Counted from the stretch's first letter, positions 8,749 through 18,811 are shown. The stretch: 32,000 nt of DNA from Methanosphaera stadtmanae DSM 3091 (GCF_000012545.1 NC_007681.1:450001-482000); one strand, 5' to 3'. Notes: a model not told the origin generated them from the sequence alone. Translations and numbers: made by a program.

Positions 8749-9666
8749 ATGAAAGTTAAACATTTAAATATAACAGAAAACATGACAATCTCTGAATTTA
8801 TAACTCAACTAGATGAATCAGGTGTTTTAGGGGCAGGTAGAATTGCACATGCAACAAATTTACTTGCAGATTCAATGAAAGATCCTGAAACAAAGATATT
8901 TCTAAGTCTGGCAGGACCAATGGTTCCTGGAGGATTAAGAAAGGTAGTTCGAGATTTAGTAAAAAATGGATATGTTGATTTGATAATATCAAGTGGAGCA
9001 AATTTAACACATGACTTAGTAGAATCATTTGGTGGAAGACATTATGCAGGTTTACATGAAGATGATGAATCACTACAAGATAGTGGAATTGGACGTATAG
9101 GTGATATCTATACAAAATCTGAGGACTTTGAAGTGTTTGAAGAGGAAATACATAAAATATTTGCTAAGATAAATGAGAAATATAATTCAATATCCATTCA
9201 AAAATTTTTATATGAAATTGGATTGTTAATTGAGGATGATGAATCTATTATTAAAACAGCAGCTTCTAACAATGTTCCAATATTTGCACCAGGCTTAATT
9301 GATTGTATGATTGGATTACAACTATGGATTTACTGTCAAGATCATGATTTTACAATAAGTGCAGTGGAAGATATGGCATATTTATCTGATTTTGTATATA
9401 ACTCTAAAAATGTAACTGCATGCATGCTTGGTGGAGGATTACCAAAACATTATACCTTAGCATCTAACATATTAACTGGTGGAATTGATGCTGGAATTCA
9501 AATTACATTAGATAGGAGTGAAGGTGGAAGTTTAAGTGGAGCACCACTTGAAGAAGCAAAATCATGGGCAAAAGCTAAAAAAGGTTCTAATCTAGTAACA
9601 GTTGTGGGTGATGCAACAGTACTATTTCCATTGATTGTTGCAGGCGCATTAGATAAAATAAAATAA
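8749..9666 (+). CDS. dys: Deoxyhypusine synthase
   Basis: FLSLAGPMVPGGLR, IISSGANLTHD, GGGLPKH. SD TGAGGT lies 8 nt before ATG 8749; the track start 8734 overlaps the SD. Confidence 0.85.
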   Translation: MKVKHLNITENMTISEFITQLDESGVLGAGRIAHATNLLADSMKDPETKIFLSLAGPMVPGGLRKVVRDLVKNGYVDLIISSGANLTHDLVESFGGRHYAGLHEDDESLQDSGIGRIGDIYTKSEDFEVFEEEIHKIFAKINEKYNSISIQKFLYEIGLLIEDDESIIKTAASNNVPIFAPGLIDCMIGLQLWIYCQDHDFTISAVEDMAYLSDFVYNSKNVTACMLGGGLPKHYTLASNILTGGIDAGIQITLDRSEGGSLSGAPLEEAKSWAKAKKGSNLVTVVGDATVLFPLIVAGALDKIK

Positions 9667-9676
9667 GGTTTTTTTC

Positions 9677-10279
9677 ATGTTATTTGATGCGTTATGTTAT
9701 GCTTTATCTGGATTTTTTATGAAATTCTCAGATGAAGCTATGGATACTAAAAATAATAAGGTACTTGCAATAATTACTGGATTGTTATGTGTATTTTTCA
9801 CAGTACTAGTTTGTGCTACAAGTATGGATGCTGTATTTATTTTTGTTAGTATTCTTATTGGAACTGCTTTAGCAAAAAAAGTTGATTCTATAAATCACAT
9901 AATATCTGCCATAATATTTATTCTATTGTTGTATATAATAGCACCTCAGTTTTGGGCTATTTTACTTAATGAATTCGGTTGGATTTGGCTAATGTTATGT
10001 ATAATTGCAGCATATATTGATGAGAAGGGTAATGATTTTTCTGATAATAAAGAAGAAAATAATGAAGAAGTTACATTAGTAGATAAATTCTTCAAATATA
10101 GATATGCTCTTAAAGTAACAGTACTTATCATATCATTAATAGGATTATTATTTAGATTTTTCTCAATTACTCAAGGAATTTATTTATTTAATCCAATGAC
10201 TTTCATATGTTTCTATTTATTTGATTTAAGTTATGAATTTGTAGGATTATACTTTGATAGATTCTATGATCTCTTCTAA
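9677..10279 (+). CDS. Hypothetical integral membrane protein (about 5-6 TM segments with an acidic loop)
   Basis: Hydrophobic segments throughout and an acidic loop, DEKGNDFSDNKEENNEE. It follows dys by 10 nt. The 3' end overlaps pyrF convergently by 33 nt. Confidence 0.55.
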   Translation: MLFDALCYALSGFFMKFSDEAMDTKNNKVLAIITGLLCVFFTVLVCATSMDAVFIFVSILIGTALAKKVDSINHIISAIIFILLLYIIAPQFWAILLNEFGWIWLMLCIIAAYIDEKGNDFSDNKEENNEEVTLVDKFFKYRYALKVTVLIISLIGLLFRFFSITQGIYLFNPMTFICFYLFDLSYEFVGLYFDRFYDLF

Positions 10280-10897
10280 TGCTTTTTTAGGATTTGAAGC
10301 ATTGTATATGCTACGTCCTACAATTGCAGCATTGGAATATTGGAGTGTGTCTTTTGCATTACCTCCTTGGAATCCAACACCTGGTGAGATTATAAATGAA
10401 TCTTTACCAACTACTTCTCTAATTTTTTTTAATCTATCTATTTTTGTTGCTGGAGCTACATAATTTTTAATTCCTAAATCTACTCCCATCTGTGCAATAT
10501 CTAAGGATACTGGTTTTAGGAATTTATCTGCACCAGGATGTGACATTTCTGTTAATAGAAATATTTCTTTGTCTAATTTTTCTGCCATATTTTTACATGC
10601 CAATACACTATCTTCTCCAGTAAATCCATGTACTATTATTGCATCTGCACCGTAGTTTAATGTAGTTTTTACTATTTTTTCATTTGTTGCATCTATATCC
10701 GCTACTTTAAAGTCTGCAATGATTTTTACATCATATTCTTCTTTTATTGAAGTTATAATAGAAGGACCTAGAGCTAGTGTTATGGGATAACCAATTTTTA
10801 TAGTATCTAAATATTCTGTTGTTTGATCTAATATTTCATAGGCTTTATTTTTCTCTTCTACATCTAGAGCTAATATTATCTGGTTTTTAACATTCAT
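10247..10897 (-). CDS. pyrF: Orotidine 5'-phosphate decarboxylase
   Basis: IILALDV, DFKVADI (catalytic K-x-D) and the C-terminal PGVGFQGG phosphate loop. Confidence 0.9.
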   Translation of the reverse strand: MNVKNQIILALDVEEKNKAYEILDQTTEYLDTIKIGYPITLALGPSIITSIKEEYDVKIIADFKVADIDATNEKIVKTTLNYGADAIIVHGFTGEDSVLACKNMAEKLDKEIFLLTEMSHPGADKFLKPVSLDIAQMGVDLGIKNYVAPATKIDRLKKIREVVGKDSFIISPGVGFQGGNAKDTLQYSNAAIVGRSIYNASNPKKALEEIIESIKV

Positions 10898-11378
10898 ATT
10901 TACTTATTTAATTTACTAAATAGAAATACTTTGTTTAATTTTTCTCATGTTTTTATTGAACTTTTTTTAGACTATGTCCTTTTTTTTGTTTCTATAGTGG
11001 ATTATTATTTGTTTTAATTTTTATTTTTTTAATAAAACACTATATTTTTAGGTTTGGCTAAATGGTTTATTTTTATATTTTTTCTTAAAAATTACAATTT
11101 TTTATTCTATTTTTTAAATATTATTTCTTTGATTCTTAAAAATAAATTATATTTATATTTTTCTAAAAATATATATATATATTAGACTTTTTTTCTCATA
11201 AAACTAAGTATTACTCACATATAAAATTAAAATATTTTTTAATTTTTAATCCAAATATTTAAATAATATTCTGAATAGAGTATTATACATTATTTTATTA
11301 TAGATAATTAGAATTACTTGATAATAAAATAAATTTTATATTATATTTTTTTTATGGAAAATATAAGGAGGAAAAATA

Positions 11379-12053
11379 ATGCATATAATGGAAGGTTTTC
11401 TGCCACCACTATGGTGTCTAATTTACTACATAATATGTATACCATTTATAGTTTATGGTATAATGCAGATAAGAAAAGTTACTGCAGAAAGTGATGAAGC
11501 CATGCCTATGTTAGCATTATCTGGTGCTTTCATGTTTATATTATCATCATTAAAAATGCCATCTGTAACTGGTAGTTGTTCACATCCATGTGGTAATGGA
11601 TTTGGTGCTGTATTCTTTGGACCGGCAGTAGTAGGAGTTTTATCCGTAATAGTATTAGTATTCCAAGCAGTTATATTAGCACACGGAGGAATAACAACCC
11701 TTGGAGCAAACGTGTTATCCATGGGTATTATTGGTCCTTTATGTGGATATGCAGTTTGGTTAGGACTTAGAAAATTAAATGTAAATGATGAAATTGCAAT
11801 GTTCTTTACAGCATTTGTCGCAGATTTAATGACATATGTGGTAACAGCTATAGAATTATCTTTAGCATTCCCAAAACCAGATTTCTTCACAGCTTTGGTT
11901 ACTTTCTTAGGAATCTTTGCAGTTACCCAAATACCATTAGCAATAGCTGAAGGTATATTAACAATGGTAATTTACAGATTCATTAAACAACAGAAACCAG
12001 ATATTCTTGTAAAGTTAAGAGTAATTTCAAAAGAAGAAGCAGGAGTTAACTAA
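11379..12053 (+). CDS. cbiM: ECF-type cobalt (possibly nickel) transporter substrate-capture subunit CbiM
   Basis: The metal-binding N-terminus MHIMEGFLP; multi-TM; SD AAGGAGG 7 nt upstream. Confidence 0.9.
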   Translation: MHIMEGFLPPLWCLIYYIICIPFIVYGIMQIRKVTAESDEAMPMLALSGAFMFILSSLKMPSVTGSCSHPCGNGFGAVFFGPAVVGVLSVIVLVFQAVILAHGGITTLGANVLSMGIIGPLCGYAVWLGLRKLNVNDEIAMFFTAFVADLMTYVVTAIELSLAFPKPDFFTALVTFLGIFAVTQIPLAIAEGILTMVIYRFIKQQKPDILVKLRVISKEEAGVN

Positions 12054-12054
12054 A

Positions 12055-12354
12055 ATGGTTTCAAACACAACAAAAAATATTATCCTACTTTTAATAGTAG
12101 GAGTATTGATTGTTCTCCCATTAGCTTATTATAATGGTCATGGTGAAGATGATGGATACTTTGGTGGATCAGATGATGCTGGTGGAGATGCTATAACAGA
12201 AAACAACCCAGATTACCAAGTATGGGCTGAACCATTATGGGAACCACCTAGTGGTGAAATTCAAAGTCTTTTATTCTGTTTACAAACAGCAATAGGAGCA
12301 ATTATAATTGGTTATATTTTTGGTTACTGGAAAGGACAATCAAAAAGAGATTAA
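12055..12354 (+). CDS. cbiN: Cobalt transport protein CbiN
   Basis: 99 aa with TM segments at both ends and an acidic/glycine-rich loop. It starts 2 nt after cbiM. Confidence 0.85.
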   Translation: MVSNTTKNIILLLIVGVLIVLPLAYYNGHGEDDGYFGGSDDAGGDAITENNPDYQVWAEPLWEPPSGEIQSLLFCLQTAIGAIIIGYIFGYWKGQSKRD

Positions 12355-12391
12355 GTGTAAAAACATACACTTGTTTTTTCACTTTTTTTTT
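12354..12391 (+). terminator. Hairpin plus T6/T9 tracts between cbiN and cbiQ (candidate intra-operon terminator or attenuator)
   Basis: AGTGTA-aaaaca-TACACT (12354-12371) followed by tgTTTTTTcacTTTTTTTTT. It begins at the last base of the cbiN stop codon (TAA 12352-12354). Confidence 0.4.
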
Positions 12392-12494
12392 AGAAAAAAA
12401 CATTATTAAGAAATTTTTTTTATAAAAATCTATTAAAATATTAGTTTTTCAAAAAATCGGAAGAAATAATTTTTTATAAAGTGGTGAATAAATA

Positions 12495-13307
12495 ATGTCA
12501 ATATTTGAGGATACATTAGATCATTATGCTTCCCATAATAATTTAGTAGATGTTAATATTTATTACAAACTTTTATTCTCTGTAATTACATTAATTTTAA
12601 ATTTATTTGCTAATTCACCAATAATGCCATTTATTATATTTATAATAAGTACAATTCTTATTTTATTTAAAGCAAAGATACCATCTAGATTTTATGCAAC
12701 ATTTATGTTAGTACCATTTAGTTTTGCTATAATATCAGTAGTATTTATGGCATTTTTCATTGGTATAGGTCCACATATTTGGGATTTAGGTCTTTTTGGA
12801 TGGGGAATTACAGCTGATGGTTTAAACAGGGGTGTACTTGTATTTTTCAAAGTAATGGGTGGTGTAGCTGCACTATCATTTCTTATATTAACAACACCTG
12901 TTAATAGGTTATTTGCAGTATTTAATGAGTTACATCTTCCAACCGAACTTGTTGATTTGGCAATATTAATGTATAGATACATATTCCTATTTTTAGATGT
13001 TACAGAAACAATGTATTACTCTCAAAAAACAAGACTTGGATATAATGGTTATTCAAGTTGGATGAATTGTCTTGCAGCACTAGCTGGTATGGTATTTATA
13101 AGAACTTGGGAACAAGGAGAAATGGCATACAAGGCATTAGCTTCAAGAGGATACAATGGAAAATTAAATATGTTCTACCATGGAAGTACAATTCATGACA
13201 TAACAATTAAACAATGGATTATATTAATAGTATTTGAAGTAATACTAGCATATTCTATATATGTCACAGCATCAATAAATGTGGTACCTTATTTAATACC
13301 AGTATAG
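12495..13307 (+). CDS. cbiQ: ECF transporter transmembrane (T) component CbiQ
   Basis: Multi-TM protein of 270 aa sitting between cbiN and cbiO. SD GTGGTGA. Confidence 0.85.
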   Translation: MSIFEDTLDHYASHNNLVDVNIYYKLLFSVITLILNLFANSPIMPFIIFIISTILILFKAKIPSRFYATFMLVPFSFAIISVVFMAFFIGIGPHIWDLGLFGWGITADGLNRGVLVFFKVMGGVAALSFLILTTPVNRLFAVFNELHLPTELVDLAILMYRYIFLFLDVTETMYYSQKTRLGYNGYSSWMNCLAALAGMVFIRTWEQGEMAYKALASRGYNGKLNMFYHGSTIHDITIKQWIILIVFEVILAYSIYVTASINVVPYLIPV

Positions 13308-13335
13308 ATAATAAATATTAATAGGATGGATTTTC

Positions 13336-14172
13336 ATGACAACAATATTAGAAACTAAAAACTTAGTATATAACTATCCTGATGGAACAGAAGCTCTAAA
13401 AGGAATTGATTTTAAACTTGAAGAAGGAGAAATGATTTCATTATTAGGTCATAATGGTGCAGGTAAAAGTACACTTTTTCTTCATTTCAATGGAATAATT
13501 GAACCTACATCTGGTAGTGTTGAAATTGATGGTGAAACACTAAAATATGATAAAAAAAGTTTACTTGCAGCAAGACAAAAAGTTGGAATAGTATTTCAAA
13601 ATCCAGATGATCAATTATTTGCACCAACAGTACTTGAAGATGTTGCTTTTGGACCAATGAATATGGGTTTATCAGAAGAGGAAGTAAAAACAAGGTCTAT
13701 GGATGCACTAGAAAAGGTAGGTATGTCTGATTATGCAGAAAAACCACCACATCATTTAAGTGGTGGACAGAAAAAACGTGTAGCTATTGCAGGTATTCTA
13801 TCAATGAAACCTAAGGTAATGGTTCTAGATGAACCTACAAGTGGTTTAGATCCAAATGGTGCTTCAAGTATAATGCAACTGTTATATGATTTAAATAAGG
13901 AAGGAATGACTATTATAATATCAACACACGATGTTGATTTGGTACCATTATATTCTGATGATATTGAAGTAATAGTTGATGGAAAAATAATTAAATCAGG
14001 AACATGTAAAGAAATATTTACAGATAAAGAAGTTATTGACGAAGCAGATTTACGCTTACCTTGGATAGGTCAATTATTTGAAAAATTAGATAAAGAACAT
14101 AACATAACATTTGGTAATGGCTATCCATTAACAGTATCTGATGCATATGATGCATTATTAACAAAATTATAA
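13336..14172 (+). CDS. cbiO: ECF transporter ATPase CbiO
   Basis: Walker A GHNGAGKST, signature LSGGQKKR, Walker B VLDEPTSGLD. Confidence 0.9.
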   Translation: MTTILETKNLVYNYPDGTEALKGIDFKLEEGEMISLLGHNGAGKSTLFLHFNGIIEPTSGSVEIDGETLKYDKKSLLAARQKVGIVFQNPDDQLFAPTVLEDVAFGPMNMGLSEEEVKTRSMDALEKVGMSDYAEKPPHHLSGGQKKRVAIAGILSMKPKVMVLDEPTSGLDPNGASSIMQLLYDLNKEGMTIIISTHDVDLVPLYSDDIEVIVDGKIIKSGTCKEIFTDKEVIDEADLRLPWIGQLFEKLDKEHNITFGNGYPLTVSDAYDALLTKL

Positions 14173-14832
14173 TAAATATAATTTTTTAAAGGCTTAATGT
14201 AGAATATTTTAGGATATTTTACAACTATTTTTTTTGTGATGTTTTTAGAAGAATAATTACTTTTTTTGTTAAGTCTAGTTAATTACCTAATCTATCTAAT
14301 AAATCATGAATTGTTGTTTATGTATCTATTTTTGGCCTTTAACTATTAAGGGATTGACCTTTAAAAACTAAAATATATTAAAAGTTAAGTAATTAACTCT
14401 ATTCTAGTTTTTCACACGTATTTTACTTTATATTTTTTAAGATTTCTCATTAATTTTTTTAAATCCTGTTTATAATTATTTTCTTGCTTTAAAAACATTA
14501 AATAAATTTATAAATCAATAAAATAGAAAACTAGTATTAACTCTACTCATGAATAATACTTTGAATATGTAGAAAAGTGAAACTAGAAAGAAGTATCAAG
14601 AACAAAATTATCTGTGCTAAAATGTGATTTTGTTAAATCTAAAAATATTAATCCATTATGTTTTGGCAATGACCCCTTATTTAATAAAATATTATTAATT
14701 ATGTGAAACATAAATAAATACTAATAATCAATTAGTAAAAACAATAATTTTAATATAAAAGTACTGTTTTTTATTTTAACTTAATAATAATTTTTATTTA
14801 TTTATAAAAAAATATATGGGAGGAACAAATCA

Positions 14833-16206
14833 GTGTCTAATGAAATAGATGTAGATTATTTTCAAAAAATAATTAAAAAATTAGAATCTAGAGTAGATTA
14901 TGTAGATATAAGAGTAGGAGATTCTACTAGTAATTCTATAGTAATGAAGGATAGTAAAATAGATAATGTGGATACTGGAATAAATTTTGCAGTTGGAATT
15001 CGTGTACTACAAAATGGTGCATGGGGTTCAGCATTCACCTCAGATATAAATAAGGTGGAAGATGTGGCAAATAAAGCAACAATACTTGCAAATCAATTAA
15101 GTAGTGATGTTGAACTAACTCCGGCAAATCCACAAGAAGATACAGTTGAATCAAAAGCAAAAATTAAGATAGATGATGTTACATTCGAAGATAAAATTAG
15201 TTGCATGAAAGAAGCAAATGATGCTGCTCAACTAGATGGTATACAAAGTACAAACATCACATATTCAGAAGTAGAAGGAACTAATTTACTTCTAAGTAGT
15301 GAAGGAACATGTATTCTTTCAAATAATAATAGAACAATCTTTTCTATGAATGCTGTTGCATCAAATGGTGAAGTTATGCAAATAGGACATAAAAGTCTCG
15401 GTGGTGTACAGGGTTTTGAAATAATTAAAGATGCAGATTTAGAATCATTTGGAAGAAGTATTTCTGAAAAAGCAATAGGATTACTCGATGCAAAAACACC
15501 ACCATCTGGTGATTTTCCAGTTATATTAGATCCTGAACTTGCAGGAGTATTTATACATGAAGCACTAGGTCATGCTTCAGAGGCAGATATTATACTTCAA
15601 AATGATTCAATACTAAAGGATAAACAGGGACAAAAGATTGGATCTGATTTAATAACTGTTGTAGATGATGCAACAAGAGAAGATGCATTTGGATATTATG
15701 CATATGATGTTGAAGGAACTAAAACATCTAAAAATGTTCTAGTAGAAAAGGGTGTACTTAAATCAGTTCTTAGTTCACGTGAAACTGCAAAAAAATTAGG
15801 ACGTCAATCAAGTGGAAATGCAAGATCCATAATTAAAGATCAACCGATTGTACGTATGAGTAATACATATATCCAACCTGGAGAATCATCATTTGATGAA
15901 TTAATTGAAGATATGTCAACAGGAATTTATCTTAAAGGATCTCGTGGTGGACAAGTAGATACTGGACGTGGAGTATTCCAATTTAATGCAGTAGAAGCAT
16001 ATACTATAAATAATGGTGAACTTGATGATCATATAAGGGATGTATCCTTGTCTGGAAGTACATTAGATATATTAAATAATGTAACAGGAGTAGGATCTGA
16101 CTTTAAATTAAGTGTAGGGTTCTGTGGTAAAGATGGTCAAACAGCACCTGTAGGTGATGGGGGACCTCATATAAGAGTAAGTAAGGCAACTGTTGGTGGG
16201 GTATAA
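14833..16206 (+). CDS. tldD: TldD-type metalloprotease (TldD/PmbA family)
   Basis: HExxxH motif in [13 protein letters not shown] and the glycine-rich C-terminal domain. GTG start 9 nt after SD GGGAGG. Confidence 0.8.
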   Translation: MSNEIDVDYFQKIIKKLESRVDYVDIRVGDSTSNSIVMKDSKIDNVDTGINFAVGIRVLQNGAWGSAFTSDINKVEDVANKATILANQLSSDVELTPANPQEDTVESKAKIKIDDVTFEDKISCMKEANDAAQLDGIQSTNITYSEVEGTNLLLSSEGTCILSNNNRTIFSMNAVASNGEVMQIGHKSLGGVQGFEIIKDADLESFGRSISEKAIGLLDAKTPPSGDFPVILDPELAGVFIHEALGHASEADIILQNDSILKDKQGQKIGSDLITVVDDATREDAFGYYAYDVEGTKTSKNVLVEKGVLKSVLSSRETAKKLGRQSSGNARSIIKDQPIVRMSNTYIQPGESSFDELIEDMSTGIYLKGSRGGQVDTGRGVFQFNAVEAYTINNGELDDHIRDVSLSGSTLDILNNVTGVGSDFKLSVGFCGKDGQTAPVGDGGPHIRVSKATVGGV

Positions 16207-16208
16207 AA

Positions 16209-16778
16209 ATGCAATGTGGATTATTAACTGAAAAAGAAGGTAATCTTCTTCTTAAAATAGCACGTGATAATATTCGTTGTTATCTAGAAAATAAGGACTA
16301 TCAAATACCAGAAGATATTCCCTCAATTTTTAGGGAAAAATTAGGTGTATTTGTAACTTTGAATATTAATAATAATTTAAGGGGCTGTATTGGTTATCCA
16401 GAACCATATAAACCATTAATTGATGCTGTTTTAGATGTTTCAATAGCAGCTGCAGTAAATGATCCACGTTTTATGCCATTAACATTAGATGAATTTCAAA
16501 ATATTACTATTGAAATAAGTGTACTTACAAAACCTACAAAAGTAATAGTTAAGGATTATAATGAATATCTTGATAAACTAGAAGTAGGTGTTGATGGTTT
16601 AATTATCGAATCTGATTATAATAGGGGTTTATTACTTCCACAAGTACCTATAGAACAAAACTGGGATATTGAAGAGTTTCTTGAAAATTTATGTTATAAG
16701 GCAGGCTTAGCCTCTGATGCATGGATGAGTGCTACAACAGACATATTTAAGTTTCAAGCACAAATATTTCAAGAATAG
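16209..16778 (+). CDS. AMMECR1 domain protein
   Basis: Hallmark LRGCIGYPEP motif; 189 aa. Its ATG lies 2 nt after the tldD stop codon (TAA 16204-16206). Confidence 0.85.
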   Translation: MQCGLLTEKEGNLLLKIARDNIRCYLENKDYQIPEDIPSIFREKLGVFVTLNINNNLRGCIGYPEPYKPLIDAVLDVSIAAAVNDPRFMPLTLDEFQNITIEISVLTKPTKVIVKDYNEYLDKLEVGVDGLIIESDYNRGLLLPQVPIEQNWDIEEFLENLCYKAGLASDAWMSATTDIFKFQAQIFQE

Positions 16779-16817
16779 GATAAATTATTTTAGAATAACA
16801 TATAAGGAGAATGAAAC

Positions 16818-17858
16818 ATGAAATTGCCACATATACCAACACCAGATGAAATTATTGACAAGGCATTTAACAGGGCAAGTAAAGCAGCTTCTAAAGTTAG
16901 AAGTTCAAAATTACATCCACGTGTAAAGGGTAAGAGAATTGAAGAAGTAAGAGTAGATACAGCATGTGATATTATTACAAGCACATTTAATGGAATTGTT
17001 GTAGGAACACCTATAATAGAGGAATTACCAGAATTCTATCAGGATTATATTGATATAGTAGTAGGTGTAGATCAGTATAAACATTCATTAGGTGCAGTTT
17101 TCTGGGCTTTAGGTGTTATAAAACAAATTCAATCACAATACACTAGCAGAATAAGAAAGTCAGATTCACTTAGTGCTATTCCAATAAGAAAAGAAGCATA
17201 TGGTAGAATAGTATCTATTGTTAAAAGAATAGAAGATGAACTTGACTTTTTAGATTTCTGTAAACGTGAACTAAAAAATATGCCTAATATAAATTTTGAT
17301 GCTATAAGAGTAGTTATTGCAGGTTTTCCAAATGTTGGAAAATCCACATTACTAAATAATATTACTGATGCAAGTCCTAAGGTAGCAAATTATCCATTTA
17401 CAACACAAGGATTACAGATAGGAAATTATGAATTGGGATATAAGAAGTATCAAATTATAGATACTCCTGGTTTACTTGATAGATCTATTAATGATATGAA
17501 TGAAATTGAATTAAATGCTATAGCAGCATTGGAACATTTAGGTAATATTATCATATATATTTTCGATCCATCTGAAACTTCAGGATTTTTAATGGAAAAT
17601 CAGTATTTATTATATGCTGAAATTAAGAAGGTATTTGAAACACAGATGATTTGTTTATTTAATAAAACTGATTTATTAGAAGATGATAGTGTTATTGAGG
17701 AATATTCTCAAAAAATAGATGATCCTATATTCAAGACAAGTATTAATGATTTAAGTAATATTAGTGATATTAAAAATTTAATTGAAGAATTAGGAGAATC
17801 ATTTACTCCAGAAGATAAATACACAGAACAATATGCACTTCGTCATCCTAGAAAATAG
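16818..17858 (+). CDS. NOG1-family GTPase
   Basis: G1 GFPNVGKST, G2 YPFTT, G3 DTPG, G4 NKTD, preceded by an N-terminal NOG1-type helical domain. Confidence 0.8.
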   Translation: MKLPHIPTPDEIIDKAFNRASKAASKVRSSKLHPRVKGKRIEEVRVDTACDIITSTFNGIVVGTPIIEELPEFYQDYIDIVVGVDQYKHSLGAVFWALGVIKQIQSQYTSRIRKSDSLSAIPIRKEAYGRIVSIVKRIEDELDFLDFCKRELKNMPNINFDAIRVVIAGFPNVGKSTLLNNITDASPKVANYPFTTQGLQIGNYELGYKKYQIIDTPGLLDRSINDMNEIELNAIAALEHLGNIIIYIFDPSETSGFLMENQYLLYAEIKKVFETQMICLFNKTDLLEDDSVIEEYSQKIDDPIFKTSINDLSNISDIKNLIEELGESFTPEDKYTEQYALRHPRK

Positions 17859-17871
17859 AAATATTGCAGTA

Positions 17872-17901
17872 TTTTTTTATTTTCTCAACTACTTTTTTTT
17901 T
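17872..17901 (+). terminator. T7 and T9 tracts downstream of the GTPase gene
   Basis: atTTTTTTTat...acTTTTTTTTTaaat, 14-43 nt after the stop codon. Confidence 0.45.
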
Positions 17902-18073
17902 AAATATATAATTAACGTATTTTTACCATTATTTTTCAGTGTTTTAATTAAATAAGTCTTTTTTAAAAATTTTAAGTTAAGAATAAATTTACAAACTTAT
18001 ATATACTTTAAGTTAAACATTATTGTATAACTAAATTATTTAAATTTAGGACAATTCTGGAGGATTGATTTCA

Positions 18074-18649
18074 ATGCAAAAAGTAAATGTAGAATCAAAA
18101 GATGAAGAGAAAACAGAAGAAGAATGTCAATGTAACGCACAAACTGATGAAAAAACTGAAGATTACAAAGTATATGGTGCAGATGAAACAGAGAATGCAA
18201 CTAATGAAGAATCAAGAGATGCTGCTGATGATGCAAAAAAAGCAGCAGAGAAAATGTTAAATGATGTTTACGCAACATTTAAATCAAAACAAAAAGAATG
18301 GAATAAAACATTTGAGGAATACACAGCAAATAAACCTCTAATTGATTTATTTGAATATGATGACTGTTTAGTTCTTAAAATGGATTTACCAAGAGTAAAA
18401 AAAGATGATATTTCAATTACAATGGCTCCAGATTCTATTGAAATAACTGCAGAATTCCCTTCTATTGAAGATGAAAATAAAGAAGTTAAAATATTAAGGA
18501 GAGAAAGATGTACAGGTAGAACTAAAAATATCATACCAATACCTGTTGATGTAAAAGTAGAAGATGTATCTGCTTCATTTGAAAACTTTGAATTGGTAGT
18601 AACTCTTCCTAAAGTAAAACCTAAAAAAGTAGATGTTGAAATAGTATAA
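18074..18649 (+). CDS. Small heat-shock protein (Hsp20/alpha-crystallin) with a long acidic N-terminal extension
   Basis: The C-terminal part PLIDLFEYDDCLVLKMDLPRVKKDDISI...ASFENFELVVTLPK fits the alpha-crystallin domain. SD GGAGG lies 10 nt before ATG 18074. Confidence 0.75.
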   Translation: MQKVNVESKDEEKTEEECQCNAQTDEKTEDYKVYGADETENATNEESRDAADDAKKAAEKMLNDVYATFKSKQKEWNKTFEEYTANKPLIDLFEYDDCLVLKMDLPRVKKDDISITMAPDSIEITAEFPSIEDENKEVKILRRERCTGRTKNIIPIPVDVKVEDVSASFENFELVVTLPKVKPKKVDVEIV

Positions 18650-18811
18650 TTTTTCTTTTCTTTTTTTATTTCTTTAGAAATAATATTTTATTTTTTAATA
18701 GTATAAGAACTCTTTTTAAATTTATTTATCTCTTTTTAATAACATTATAATAATTACACTATACAGATGTATATATTATATAATAAAATTTTTTAATTAA
18801 TAGGTGGTATT

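Noticed and set aside
8798-9115. 105-aa H/L-rich ORF antisense to dys. Similar antisense ORFs occur at 13505..13693, 20045..20245, 28616..28819, 28820..29044, 11453..11890, 12692..12982, 23378..23782, 18268..18534, 18820..19122, 24847..25194, 6705..6998 and 5997..6209.
   Set aside because: All lie fully inside strongly supported genes on the opposite strand. Their compositions are biased (His/Leu or Ser/Ile/Phe-rich), as expected from reading AT-rich, GAA/AAA-rich codons in reverse. None has an SD or a recognisable motif.
11223-11246. Perfect 10-bp inverted repeat AAAATTAAAA-tatt-TTTTAATTTT about 135 bp upstream of cbiM, considered as a metal-regulator operator
   Set aside because: It is composed only of A and T. 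By a rough estimate, several such perfect A/T-only inverted repeats are expected by chance in the roughly 5 kb of about 85% AT intergenic DNA here. It is not distinguishable from background without conservation data.
10898-11378. Cobalamin (or other) riboswitch in the 480-bp leader of cbiMNQO
   Set aside because: The region is almost pure A/T, including a (TA)n run. It has none of the GC-containing conserved cores a B12 element needs, and B12 riboswitches are not established in methanogenic archaea.
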